A stretch of 64,000 nucleotides of DNA from Camelus ferus (taxonomy: Eukaryota). The stretch lies in NCBI RefSeq assembly GCF_009834535.1, contig NC_045707.1:55988001-56052000 (forward strand), read 5' to 3'. How positions within the stretch are numbered: position 1 is the first letter of the stretch; the number at the start of each line of letters is the position of its first letter. This document shows, in pieces, positions 1 to 13,238 of this stretch. The position numbers were made by a program, and so were the translations under genes. Below the pieces are notes generated by a model. The model ran no database searches, was not told the origin of the DNA, and saw only the letters and a program-made list of their open reading frames with translations.

Positions 1-832
1 ACTTATTATATACCTTAAATAATCAGGCTATATTTTACTTGAAGGAACTCAACTGAAAGACAATGATCTGCACTAGAAATGATCACTGGATTTGGAATCA
101 ACATTGCCTCTGAAATCCAGTTTCACTGTATGCTAATCGATTAAGGGGAGTTCACTAAACCTCTTGTAAAATGAGTACAAATAAGGACCCGACAGTTAAA
201 TTTGAAAACAAATGTAAATTTTAAGACAGCAGATTTGTCTGTTTTCTTCACTACTTCATCCTCCACATCTAGAAGGGTGCTTTATACCTAGAAGACACTC
301 AGCACCTATTTTTCAAAAAAATAAATATTATAAAAAGAGAGCATCTAGCAAATTCCTGGTCACATGACAGGCATTGCAGGGAAAAAAAAGGAAGTTAATA
401 TAACTCTGAACCCAAATTAAATGCGGAAGCGTGAAATGGTTCTAAACTCCAAAAAAATAAAAATAAAAACAACAAAATCCTGGATGAACTGAGCTATTTA
501 GATGCTACTACTTTTCTGTCACTCAAGACTCCTTCCTAACCAGGCTAAATTAATTTGTCAGGCATGTGTGCTTCTCCAGTACTTTATATGAAATTCTATT
601 AGCACTTAAAGCACAGAGATATAATTAATGCACCCGTCTTATTTTTCCTGGGGACTGGAATAATGCTACTCATCTTTGTATTTTAGCACTTATAAAACCA
701 GCAATTGCATGTGAAGTATAGATTATTTGTATTGAAAGCTATTGTAGGCAAACAGCATTGGTCCCAAGGTCAATGGATGATTCTTTCATAATTCTATTTA
801 GACCTTCCATTTTAACCAAACTTGCACAAAAA

Positions 833-1068
833 CAGTACAATGGAAAGATCAAGAGCTTTGGAGTCAGACCTCTGAAGGGAGACCTCTTCTCCACTGTGTT
901 CTCTCTGTGAATACTTGGGCAAATTATTTCACTCTTATAAACCTCCGTTTCCTTATCTGTAAATGAGTTTAATAATCCCTACTCTCATAGAACTGAACAA
1001 AGTAATGCACAAAAGACACTTTGCTAGTACACAGTAAGCCTTGATAAATGGTGGTTGCTATCATTACC
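833..1068 (+). mobile_element. MIR SINE fragment
   Basis: Contains gagctttggagtcagacc ... cttgggcaaattatt ... cctccgtttccttatctgtaaatg, typical MIR core motifs. Confidence 0.75.
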
Positions 1069-2483
1069 ACCAGTTCTGTGTATATGCAAATGAAAGCTAA
1101 TGAATTCAAGTAGGGTATTTCTCTTCCTCTTTAAACAATATGGAAGTCAGCACAGCCGTGGAGATTACACTGCAGAACGGGAGAAAATCCAAGACTACAA
1201 ATTATCCTGTCCAAGAACCAGAAACTTTAGGCTGCTGCTTTGACAGCTTAAATTCAGCCCTCTTCTCACTCAGCCTGCCCATTTTTCAATGGGCACCTCT
1301 GCATTTTTCTCCTTTCTTGTAATTTTACCTCTAAAGTACATTCATTTGTGGAATCATCTGATTTTTTTGACATGAGTTGTCACCCATTCAAATATTCACC
1401 CAACAATGAGAAACTCAAGTCATGTTGTATGGTCAGAAGAAAGTTTAAACATCTTTAAGACACCAGTGTTGCCCCACCACATTCCTGGAATTCAGGAAAC
1501 CAGGTACCAGGCTGAACAGTCATACACCCAGCTGATGAGTCTACTGCTAACACCTAAAACAGTTCTTGCTCCTGAGTTGGTGCAGTGGTGTACTGGAGAT
1601 CAGGAAGAGGGTGTCAAAGAATAACTACCCCAGCATTTGTTAACTCTTCACCTCTAGACCAATCTCAGGCTCAGTATCTTTCATCAAAGGGAAGATTTCT
1701 CTCTCGAGGGGTAACCTATTTCAAACAATAATATACGGCTAGCAAAGAAAATGAACCAAATTAGAAAGAAAAATTTACTGTGATTTTAGGTTCTTTGGGT
1801 TAAGCTTCTGGTAACTATAAAAGTAAATAATCCATTCGAATGTGGACTTCAATCAAGCTGGAGCCCTAGGATGGCCATGTGCAAATAGCTGAATCCTCAA
1901 CTGAAGTTAGTTTGGGGGTGGAGGGCACAGACAGGGAAAAGAGGGGCCTGGGAGGAGGCAAAGAACCACAAAATAAAAACCAACAGCCAAATGTCAAAAG
2001 CTGCCCTGGAATTAACAACAGAACAAAAGAGAAAGAACCGAGGGGGAAATAAAGGCAGAGTTGTAATTAATGATGAACTTGAGGGATGGTACATGGAGGT
2101 CCACTGCATGGTCTCTAGTCCTAACTGGCAAATAGAAAATTATTTCCATAGTAACAAATTTTTATAAATTTAAGGCAGGAAAGCAATGTACCATGGCAAA
2201 AGCATTGCACCTAGAGGAAGAGGTCCAATGTCAATTCTACTCTCAACTAATCCTGTGACTAATTTCCATGGGCCCCAAATTCTGTGAAAAGAGATAGAGT
2301 AGCATATAGGTAGACAGGTAAATTCTAATGCCCCTCTCCAGCCATGAAATCTTGTGTTTTGATGAAAATCTTACGTTGAAATATTATATAGGGGATCTAA
2401 TTCTAAACGTACACACATCACTGAATCCCAAACACAGCTATTCATCAAAATCACAAAGGGAGCTCTTAAAAAGTTGTTTTGAG

Positions 2484-2634
2484 GGGGGAAGGTATAGCTC
2501 AAGTGGTAGAGCCCATGCTTAGTATGCATGAAGTCCTAGGTTCAATCCCCAGTACCTCCTCCAAATATAAATAAATAAACCTAATTACTTCCCTCTCATA
2601 AAACAAACAAAAAGCAAAATGTGTAAAAAAAAAA
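2484..2634 (+). mobile_element. tRNA-Ala-derived SINE (Vic-1-like, long form)
   Basis: A box tagctcaagtgg, B box ggttcaatcc, A-rich middle, ctaattacttccc tail and poly-A. Flanked by AAAAAGTTGTTTTGAG repeats. Confidence 0.9.
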
Positions 2635-2650
2635 AAAAAGTTGTTTTGAG

Positions 2651-2834
2651 ATACACACTACTCCATATAAAACAGATAAACAACAAGGACCTACTGTATA
2701 GCACAGGAAACTATCTTCAATTTCTTATAATAAAATATAATGGAAAATAATCTGAAATATATATGTATATGTATAACTGAATCACTTTGCTGTACATCTA
2801 AAACCAACTATACTTCAATAAAAAAATTTTTAAA
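2651..2834 (+). mobile_element. 5'-truncated L1 3' end (cetartiodactyl type)
   Basis: gataaacaacaaggacctactgtatagcacagg ... aactgaatcactttgctgtaca ... tatacttcaataaaaaaa; the same motif set recurs in other L1 ends in this window. Confidence 0.9.
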
Positions 2835-2850
2835 AAAAAGTTGTTTTGAG

Positions 2851-2968
2851 GGTGGGGATTAGCTCAGTGGTAGAGTGCATGCTTAGCATGCAAGAGGTCT
2901 GGAGTTCATTTCCTAGTACCCCCATTAAAATAAATAAATCAGTTAATTAATTAATTAATTAATTAATT
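2851..2968 (+). mobile_element. tRNA-Ala-derived SINE (Vic-1-like, short form) with a (TTAA)n tail
   Basis: tagctcagtggtagagtgcatgcttagcatgcaagagg...; the tail has become ttaa repeats (2943-2970). Confidence 0.88.
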
Positions 2969-4411
2969 AAAAAGTTGTTTCTTTACTGCTACCGCTCCAC
3001 CAGCTCCCTCTCTACACCTCAAAAACAAAACAAAAAATAAGCAGAGCAAAATGTTCTTATTCACTGGGTTCTGGTTTTGGGCTACAATCTCTGGTTTAAA
3101 ATAGTTCCCACATGAGAGGCTGATGATCATCCCAGTTTTAAATATTAAAGAAAACCTATGATGAATCCTAATCTTTAAACAGTCACTACCCTCCTGTTTC
3201 ACCTCTCAATTAAACCCGATTTTTAAGTATTGGATTTTCTGAAATCAAATCCAATTTTACCTACAGACTCGTCTCAGCAAGTCCAAGCTACTAGGATTTA
3301 CATTTCTGTAAAAATAATTTGGTCTGAATGTTATTAAGGCATCTAAAATATTTTCTAAAAATTTTGGCAGCCAGCAAATTGTACTGCTTTTAAAATAAAA
3401 CTTTTTGCCTTCCCTACTCTCCCTAGGAGGTAGAGAAATAAACCAAACTGTGGAACAACAGTAACAGCAAAAAACAGGCTCAATGTTTCCCTGAAAAGGT
3501 TTGTTATAAGAGATTCTAGAATCAGCAGCAACAATATTGCCTGCCAGGTCGGGGAAGAATAGGAGGAGGAAAGAGATGCACGTTCACCCTTAGGTGATAA
3601 TGGTGCTTCCTCTTTCTGCAAAGAATAGACTTGAACTGCAAGCCACTGCAGCTACTGAACTAATCTTCCGTACTCTAAACCTTGCTAAGAGGAAATATAC
3701 AGGAAACAGGGTGGTGGGGGGAACAGAACAGAAAAAGCTCCTCTCCCCCTCCAGTTTCAGATATATAAGCAACAGCACCATCCTGAGCCCGAAGGGGAAA
3801 AAATCAGGCTCTAAAAGTCAGATGATGGCGAGATATCAATGGAGAAAAATTAAGGAGTGACTATGTCTACTTGTCTTCAATCAATTAAACAAAAAGTAAA
3901 TGATCATATTGTGTTGGTCAGAAGAATTATCCTTGATAAAAGTCCTTTTCTCAATATTTTTTAAATTGTCAGTATTGGTGAACAGGATAGCAAACACACT
4001 GATTGACATGTCAACCCATATCTGGTTAGAAAAGCCACAGCTACGCTGAGTGCTCTGTAAAATGAAGGACAAGAAGTTTGCTACTACTGAAATGCTGTGG
4101 AAATGCAGTAAATGCTGATGACCATGATGAGATCCACTACAGAAAAGGAACTTGGCTGAAGAGTGTACATTTCCAATAGTCATATCTGACAACAACTTTG
4201 CAAGACAAATATTGTATTCCTATCCTACAGACCGTGTGACAGATGTTCAGTATGTTTAGCAGTTTATCCAAAGTCACATAATTTAAATCTAAATCTGCGG
4301 GCTCCAGTTTTCTGGTCTTTTCAAATTGGCCTTACTTGCACCTATCCATGAGAATGCTAGCCAATCACCAAATGGTTCTATTCAAAGTGAACAATACTTT
4401 TCTTTAATTAA

Positions 4412-4507
4412 TTTTTGTTGTTGTTAATGGAGGTACTGGGGATTAAACACATGACCTTGTGCAAGCTAAGCATGTGCTCTTACTGCTGAGCTATGGCGCC
4501 CACCTCC
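4412..4507 (-). mobile_element. tRNA-Ala-derived SINE (Vic-1-like)
   Basis: Reverse complement of the SINE head: aatggaggtactggggatt ... gctaagcatgtgctct ... tgagctat. Confidence 0.85.
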
Positions 4508-7500
4508 TAGCATTTGTTTTTATAGTATTAGACAAATTTAACTTTTTAATCACACTATGCCATAAGATCTTAAGAAAGAAACTACACTTGATGGAATACG
4601 GAAACTGGTAAATTTTTGCCTGAATCTTCAAATTTGGAGAAATAATTCTTTGTAATTTGGAGTGCGTCATTTCATCAAAGTTACGGAAATACCTTAAATC
4701 ATTCATGTACAACCTTGGTGTAATCTGGCTATTACAGAAGAATGTATTCATGCAGCTTATTCTGATAAACACACGACACAAACACACACAAACATACACA
4801 CAGAAAACCTTCTAAGGGCGAGGGATTCAGTGTCTTATATATTAAAAACTAAGATAATGTCCTTAAAGGCTGGGTTGGTATGGCTAATGGCTATAACTCA
4901 AAACTCACAAAATTAAAATATGAAAGTTTTTTTTTCTTGCTTTTAAATACATAAAATTATGCTTATTTTTTAAACAGCCACAATCAATGTTGCATATAAT
5001 CTAGGAGTCTATTAAATGTACTTAGTATTAGTCATCTTTAGCAATATATTAACGGAAATTCTAGATATATTTTCCATTTCTTCACATACTAAAAACTAAC
5101 AGTCGTTTATTTGTTTTTAAATGTCCTTCATTTTTCTTTTGTTGTCCCTGCTGTTTTCTTTGAACCTCACATCAACTATAAGCAAAATGAGAACCACACA
5201 CCAAAATGCAGGCATTGCAGCTTTGCCAATGAAACCAAAGAGAAGTATTATGATCTTTGAATCTTATTTGATTTCCTGAAATGAAATGAATAAACATGTG
5301 AAGAAAGAGAGAAAGTGCCCCTTGGAACGGAAACACCAACTTCACTAATCAAGGCCATAATTACTGAGGAAACACGTATTAAATTCTGAATTCATGCTAT
5401 TACACTTGATGCAAGAGTTATAATCAGACCAGCAGAGCATACAGGAGCCATCTGGGTGCCGCAGAGTTGTAAAGACAAACCCTAAGAGCAAGGGCATGTT
5501 GACCTTCCCAGCACCAAATCATTGCAGACTTTTGTATTAGAAACTGCTGTTCCTCCCTTTTGATTTCTTATTTTCCTTTTTGAAAAAAGGAATATTGCAA
5601 TCAATAGGTATGACACGGGATGCAAAAAGTAAAAACATCACACCATACAACCGTTAACACAGGGTCATGTATCACATATATTTTAATCGTTAATGAATTT
5701 GATTTAATATTCAGTTTTATCTACCCCACCTCCCACCCTGCTCATGCCTTTTAAGGAATCTCTAATGCACTCCTGGAATCTGGCTTTCTCCAGCTTAAAT
5801 TTCATTTGCAAAATCAACATGAAATTAGCATTTCCATTGTTTCCAGGCATTTAAGACAGGAATCTGACTTCCAGGCAACGACAATGGATTTCAAATTTGT
5901 GCAAACCACATCATTTTCTGTGAAATTGACAGTACCGAGTTGAATATGAGTAACCTGATAATCATGAGATCCCTGTCAGTCAGTGTGATTCCTCTGAGGC
6001 AGCAGGTTATCGAAAATTGAGCCGAGTGATGTAATACACATCCCAGACAGTGTTATGAGAACAGCATAGTTGATTTCAATGAGACTCATTATTTATTCAT
6101 CACAAGGTCCAATTTGCGTGTCATTTTCACTGACGGTATACTGAGTTAACTGGTTGAAATTCAGTGCTGATAGAGTATTTTATTCTGTATTGTAAAAAGG
6201 ACCCTTTAAATTTTTTCCCTGTCTTCCTGTGTGAAAGAGTACAAAACAAAGAGGGATTTTGTATTTGTGGCCATTCACGGTAACATGTGAACACCGTTCA
6301 GCAGTGCTGGAAGAAGGGACATAGGAGAAAGCCCTTAGGGACTTCCTGTTTTTCTCATTAGGAGTGTATAATAATACACCAAATATTACAGAGTAAAAAG
6401 TAAAATAATATTAGTTTTCAGAAAATAACTGCTTTTCTTTTAAATGCTAAAGAATGAGATAAACACAGATAGGAGACACACACACTGAACGAGATATAAC
6501 CTCCACTCTGGAATCTGATCCTTAGTCTCATCACCGAAAGGACCCTCTCTCACGTTTAGGGGGAAAATAGAAAAGAAAGTTCCCCAAGAGGCAAGATGGA
6601 GGTGGCCTGGACATTCTTGGGCTTCTCTGCATGGATCAGTCCAAATGCTAACACATTTGAAAACCATCCATCATCTCCCAACACTGTTGGGGTCACAACA
6701 TCATTAGACACAGTAACTGTCTCAGTCTTCCTTTCCTGATTCATTTTCCTCATAGGCTCATGTGCTCTATGTATCTGCACAAAGAAGCGGTCCTCAGTCA
6801 CTTCCTTGAGCTTCCCTCTGTGCAATGCTCAAGCCTGACCCTCCAATTTTCCTTGCCTCTCCAACAATAAATGCCTGTATCCAAAGACTCCTTTGGGGCC
6901 CTGATCAAACATCTCTGCTCCAGAAGATGCTTCCTCATCTCCTCAGCCGAAAGTAACCTCCCCCTCCTCTAAAATACCCAGTGCCTCCCTTACAGCCCTC
7001 ACCTCTCTCCAGCTCCAATTTCAGTTCTACACTTACATGCACTGTTCTCAACTTCTTACGGCTCTCAAATGTCTTTAAGGGAGAATCTTGCCCATCCATC
7101 TCTGAATCCCCACATCGCCTAATACAGTGCTTTGCACAAAGATGAATCTTTAAAAAATAATAATAATTTGTGAATAGATCACTGTTCCAGGTACCAACAC
7201 TCTAACACAAGCGGTGCAGAAATTTGCAAGGGTACAGTCAGCTTCCCAAATTTAAATGACTCAACTTGAACCTCAACTGCATATGGAATACAGAATCATC
7301 TTAAAGAAGCTGAGTGAAGAAGCCAACCTGTAGGACTAAAATACCTTATTAATCTTCAACTTTTTGAATTGTAAAAGATTTCTGAACCTCGACTTTGTTT
7401 GTGGTATTATCTGGTTAGTGGTGTTGGCAGCTGTTCAAAGTTCTAAAGCACTACAGGTCATGAATATTAAATGCTACAATAAGCCTACTGGGCGGAAATC

Positions 7501-9714
7501 CAAATTCATTTGTAAGTGCATGACAGTCAGCCTGCCCTCCGGTTTCAACAATGCTAGGAAATACTGAGATCAGAATCGGAGCATCTTTCTCTATCTGGAT
7601 TCTCACAAAGTCAAATGTAAGACAAATGAAGGGAAAACACAACCCTCAGAAAGCAGGAACGCTACTTAAAGGAGAGTGGCCCAGATGTTGACTGAAGACA
7701 ATCAGAAACAGGAAAGGTATCACATTTCATTTGGCGCAATCAATATGAGGGTCACATCTTGAGTAAAACTGTAACCTTGTCTAGAAAGCAAAGGGACAAA
7801 GCCACCAATGATAATAGATTCCACCAATGACATCCCGAGCTGCTAATCAACTAAAAAAGCACATGTGGATTCAATGCCTAAGTACCTGCAGGCTATACGC
7901 TCTCTATTCTGTACATGGGGAGTCACACAAAATAGTCTGATGTACAGAAGCACCGTGTTGAATGACTTCAGTGTTCCAGCAGTGGCAAACCCAAAAACTT
8001 CAACAGAACATAAGCCCCCACCCTGAGAAACCATTCTCAAGATAAACCCTGTAAATGGTTTGGAAATATAGGACTGTTTGTTAGTGTGGGTCTGATCACT
8101 ATGTCCTGTTGTAGAATCCAGCTTGCATAATACCCAAGATAAAGGTACACTTTGCTCACCATATGCAACCTCCATCCATCACATCCTGCTTAGCATTAAA
8201 ATAAAGTTTCTGGACAGAGATGACTTATTTTCCACACGCAGCAATGCCTCCCTTTTCCCTCTCTAATACTATAGACTCTCTATCTTGTTTATATGAAATA
8301 GAGCCACAAAATTTGAAGAAAAGGAGGCTATCCAGATAATGCATATCTTGGAAACAACGACAGCAAAATAAATGTAGTCATCTTAAGAGAAAGTTTTAAA
8401 AGATCAAATTAAAAGGGCTTCATTTTTCCAAATTATCTTGGGCTATTATTAGAATTGTTACACTGGTTTTCAGATTTCCTTTAAAAAAAAAATTTTTTTC
8501 ACCTGTAACTGAATAAGTGATTACGGGGCTAATAAAGGGGAAAAAAAGATGTTTCCACATTAAAACAGTTAACAGAAGTTAAATAAGCACAGAAAATGGC
8601 CACTGGGCAAACAATGACTGATGTTGGGTAAGTAGAAAAATGTTGCCTTTACTGATTTTATTACCCATGTACCTCCTGGGGTCAAGGGGGACTTGTAAAA
8701 AATTTTGTGGGCAGATGAAAGTCTAGCATTTATTTGCAAAGTTAGTTTCATTGTGTTTCAAAGGTTTCTCCTCCACACCCCACCAACCATTCTTTGACAA
8801 CATAAAACGAAGAAAGTCAAAGTCATCCAAGAAAGGTGAAAATAATCATTTGGTGAGAGGCCAAGAAAACTTCTTTTTCAACATTTTTCTGACATGCATT
8901 TCCTCCAGTCTCACCTTCCAGACCCCACTAAACAGGAATGAAATTCTCATTGTAGAAACGAGAGAGGACAGGATTTCACTTTATAATTGTAGGCGGATAT
9001 TTTAATCTGCAACAAGTGTGAAATCAGGAATTTCCTAAATACCTACTATGTGCCAAATGGTGCATGAGCCGCCAAGAATAATGCAGGAAACACATTAAAT
9101 AGACATTGAAGTGAAGAACTAGGACATTTTAAAATTTTATAAAAAATAGTTCAGAACCCTTTGTTCAAACATACGTCTGCAGATTTTATATTTAGTGTTT
9201 TCTTACAAATTTTCCTTCTGAAAACTGTATTATTTTATGTCATATTATTTCATACCAAACCACATTATTTCATAAGTCCTACTATTCTCTTGATAAGCAC
9301 TTATTAAGTACGTTAAATGTGTTCATCTTTTTGGCATATTCACAACAGTGACTAGCAGATATAAACACTATACATGGTTATTAAATACCCAGTAAAATAC
9401 GATATTCTGGGTACTGTTTTTCACATACTTCATCAAAGAAAAAGAAAACTTTCATATTTCCTCTGCAGAACTACAAAATTTGTATACATAATACTGACAT
9501 GGGCACCATTTGCAGGGACTCTCAGAAGTCAAAAAATGGCAGGCAAGAATTCTGCCAAACTGAGCCATCCCAAGGATTTCATCTGGCTCAAATGGAAATA
9601 TCTGTTTTTAAATTACTAACCAATATTAAATAACAGAGATGTTATAGAAAATCCAGATGCCTGTCTATCTTAGAAAAATCTTAACCTCTACTGAACTGAA
9701 ACCTGTACTTTCTT

Positions 9715-10658
9715 TTTTTGAATTCTTATGTTTTATTGAAGTGTAGTGTATTTACAATGTTAGCTTCAGGTCTACAGCAAAGAGATTCAGTTATATATAT
9801 ATATAGATTACATATATTTTTTAGATTTTTTCCATTATATGTTATTACAGGAAATTGAATATAGTTCCCTGTGCTATAAGGCAGGTTCTTGTTGTTTTTC
9901 TCTTTTATACATAGTAATGTGTAGCTGTTAATCCCAAACTCCTAATTTATCCCTCCCCCCCATTCCCCCTTTGGTAACCACAGTTTGTTTCTTACGTCCA
10001 TTAAACCCATTAGACTATTTCTGGTTTGTAAATAAATTCACTTGTATCATTTTTAGATTCCACATACAAGCAACATCACATGATATTTGTCTTTCTCTGT
10101 TTGACTTCACTTAATATGATAATCTCTAGGTCCATCAATGTTGTTATAAATGACACTATTTCATTCTTTTTTATGGCTGAGTACTAGTCCATTGTATGTG
10201 TGTATATACACACACACCACATCTTCTTTATCCAGTCATCTGTTGATGGACATTTAGGTTATTTCCATGCCTTGATTATTGTAAATGCTGCTGCTATGAA
10301 CACTGGGGTGCATGTATCTTTTCAAATTAAGAGTTTTCTCCAGATATATGCCCAGGAGTCAGATTGCTGGATCATAGAGTAAAGCCTTTTTTCAATTTTT
10401 TAAAGGAACTTCCATACTGTCCTCCACAGTGGCTGCACCAATTAAAATTCCCACCAACAGTGTAGGAGGGTTCCCTTTTCTCCACACCTTCCCCAATATT
10501 TATTATTTGTAGACTTCTTAATGATGGCCATTCTGACTGGTGTGAGGTGATACCTCATTGTAGTTTTGATTTGCATTTCTCTAACAATTAATGATGTTGA
10601 GCATCTTTTCATGTGCCTGTTGGCCATCTGGATGTCTTCTTTGGAGAAATGTCTATTT
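9715..10658 (-). mobile_element. 5'-truncated L1 (ORF2 C-terminus plus 3'UTR) with a 16-bp TSD
   Basis: ORF 10442..10627 ([36 protein letters not shown]) is L1 ORF2 C-terminal sequence. TSD aaacctgtactttctt (9699-9714) / aaacctgcactttctt (10659-10674). Confidence 0.93.
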
Positions 10659-12077
10659 AAACCTGCACTTTCTTATTGTTGTCATGGGATGGAGAGAAGT
10701 ACTGAGGGAGGGCATAGCCTCTAGTTCCGCCCAGCTCTGGTACCAGATTTGAGTTTGGGGCCAAGATTTGATAAGAGGTAGAGAACTGAAAGCTCTGACA
10801 TTTCTGAAGAAATGTGAAGAAAGAAGCTGAGTGTGAACTACTATGAGAGAAACATTACTGATAACACTATAAAAATGGAGAGCCCTGCACTCTGGTTTTA
10901 ATAATTTCCAGCTTAAGGAGGACCACCATTTTTAGATTTTAAACATTTGGCTAGTTCTCTAGTTTGCACAATAGAGTTAAACATTTGTGCACTGGAGTTT
11001 TCTGTTTCTGTATAAGTTATATTTTAACAGGGCAGGGGACTTTACTTCATCTGGCAAACTATGATAACTATGATGCAGAGTCAATTGGTAAGATATTTAA
11101 GATGATTATTCTTTTAAGGTTGAAAAGGATCTTCTAAATCCACTTCTTTCAATTTCTCCTAACTCACCCCAGGCATAAAAAAATCTATATATTTTAAAGA
11201 CAGAATATGGAATTTTTCTGTAACTTCCATATGTAATCTATGCCAGTGTTTACAAGCCCCATGGTCATGAAATTCTAAATGAAAGTTTTTGCTTAAATAT
11301 TCATGTTTCAGCTTTAGTGGATTCCTAATTCATATGCTTTCAAACCACTGCATGTTTAAAGACTACTAGGACTTTATCTCTTAGCCTTCTCTTTCTTAAC
11401 ATAAAGAATTACAGTTTCCATTGATACTTCTTCTCTCCTTTCAACTAATGTGCAGTAAGTGCCTTCCAAATACTGGGCACCCAGTTCACAATGAACACCC
11501 CACAACTTCACGTAATCTTCACAACATCTCTAGGAAAGAACACTAACTATGCTTCCACATGAAGGAACAGGTCACTGAACTCAGCCAGTGCAGGTTAAGG
11601 TTCAATTCCTTTTATTTTCTTCTCATCTGACTACTTCTTTATTCATCTTCACACTTTCACAGTGTAGTAAAAAGATCACCACAGTCACAAATATGTGTTC
11701 TAGCTCTAGTGATTCCACCATTTTCTAGATGACCTTCACATCTCTGGTTCTCTACAGCTCAGCTGGAAATAAGGGACGGGCATAGATGGTCTCCAGGTTC
11801 CTTACAAATCTATACAGTCTCTTATCCCAGTGTCCTCATTTAGCTCACTGGCCCAAAACCTAAGAGTGAAAGAAAGAGCTAAGTTGAGAGAACAATTATC
11901 AGATGAAGGATTTTGCTGCCATGACTATGTCCCATGCCTGCAAGCAGCAGTTGCCAGACAGTCTGGGCAAGTTTCCATTTGAAAACTTCTCAAGACACAG
12001 AACAGTCAAAGTATTAAGACCTTTCCCAAAGTGTGGGGTCCTTCACACTCTCTAAGTCTTAGGAATTCCTTTGCCAA

Positions 12078-12561
12078 TGATGGAGTTCCGGGCAGGCTGC
12101 TCCAGAAGGTGCCACTTTGGCAGGTGGATTACTTGGACCAGGAGACAATTAAAGCCCAACAGATTCAAGAAGAGCTTTCTACCTCCGCCTTAAGTGCCTA
12201 AAAGAATTTAGATAGGAAGCCTGTACCAGGTAGAGAGCTATTATCAAAGATAACATTTTTACATAAGGAATACTCTTTGGCTTGGCATGGAAAACATTTG
12301 TTTACTATTTGCTCTTCCCAAACCCTGTGAATTGTCTTCCTCTCCTCTGAAGTCCCAAACCCTACCCCTGCTCCTTAGCACAGGATGGCACAGAAGCCTC
12401 AGTTGCCTGACTGCTGGGGAGCTTCTCCTGTCTTTGTGGGGCTCCTTTATATACATAACTAAATTCATCTATCTACTGTTAATCTGTCTTAACGGTAACT
12501 TAATTATTAGGCCCCCCAAAGAACTCAGATGGGAAGAAAGGAAAAGTCTTCCTCCTGTGCA
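12078..12561 (+). mobile_element. ERV1 solo LTR (MER34-like)
   Basis: TG...CA ends. gccactttggcaggtggattac start motif and ctgttaatctgtctt...gaactcagatggg...ttcctcctgtgca end resemble MER34-group LTRs. Confidence 0.7.
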
Positions 12562-12603
12562 CTCATAGCACTTCTCATTTTCTTAAGCAGCAGTTACATG
12601 AGT

Positions 12604-12715
12604 AAGGTTGCCAGATAAAATATGAGATGCCCAGTTATATTTTAATTTCACATCAACAAAGAATACGTTTCTATTGTAAGTATGTCCCAAATACTGCCTG
12701 GGCCATATTTATAGT
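12604..12715 (+). mobile_element. hAT DNA transposon fragment (MER53-like, about half an element)
   Basis: aggttgccagataaaata...gatgcccagtta...taagtatgtcccaaata matches the recalled MER53 arm; the second arm is missing. Confidence 0.75.
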
Positions 12716-13238
12716 AAGGAGCTCTCTCAGCAACTTTATCCTTGAAAGTCTGCTTAGAGAACTGAAAATTTCTCAGAAGTGAACTTCAAAGGTCTTCAAA
12801 GCAAGTCCTGAATTGACAAATCAAAATAATTTCTTAATTCATGAGATAGTCAAATGAAGACTCTGGAGAAGAAACCACAATGTTTCACAGGCTATCAAAT
12901 GTAAGGTCTTGAAACCCCCAGTCTGCATCCTCAAATAGTTCTCACCCTACACAGGACAAGGACCATGATTTATACTTATTCAATTTGTATTTCCAGTAAT
13001 ACAAGAAAACTTGCTATGGTTGATGACAGGGTTTTAAAAGAAAAGAAAATGATCATTCTCTCTAAATTTCCTGAAAGAATAATTAAAATTGATTTGAAAT
13101 TAAGAGCTTGACTTTCAAACCATATGTTGTTTTCAAAGCTTCAACCTCTCACCCGAGTTTTCTTTAAAAGTTTCAGCATTTCACTGAAATTACAAAAGAA
13201 CCTCATTAAGCGCTTGATACTTGGTTTCTAACTGAAAA

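Noticed and set aside
2468..2980. CRISPR-like array (direct repeats with distinct spacers)
   Set aside because: Mammalian intron with no cas genes. The repeats are 12-16-bp target-site duplications and the spacers are recognisable SINE/L1 pieces of 120-185 bp.
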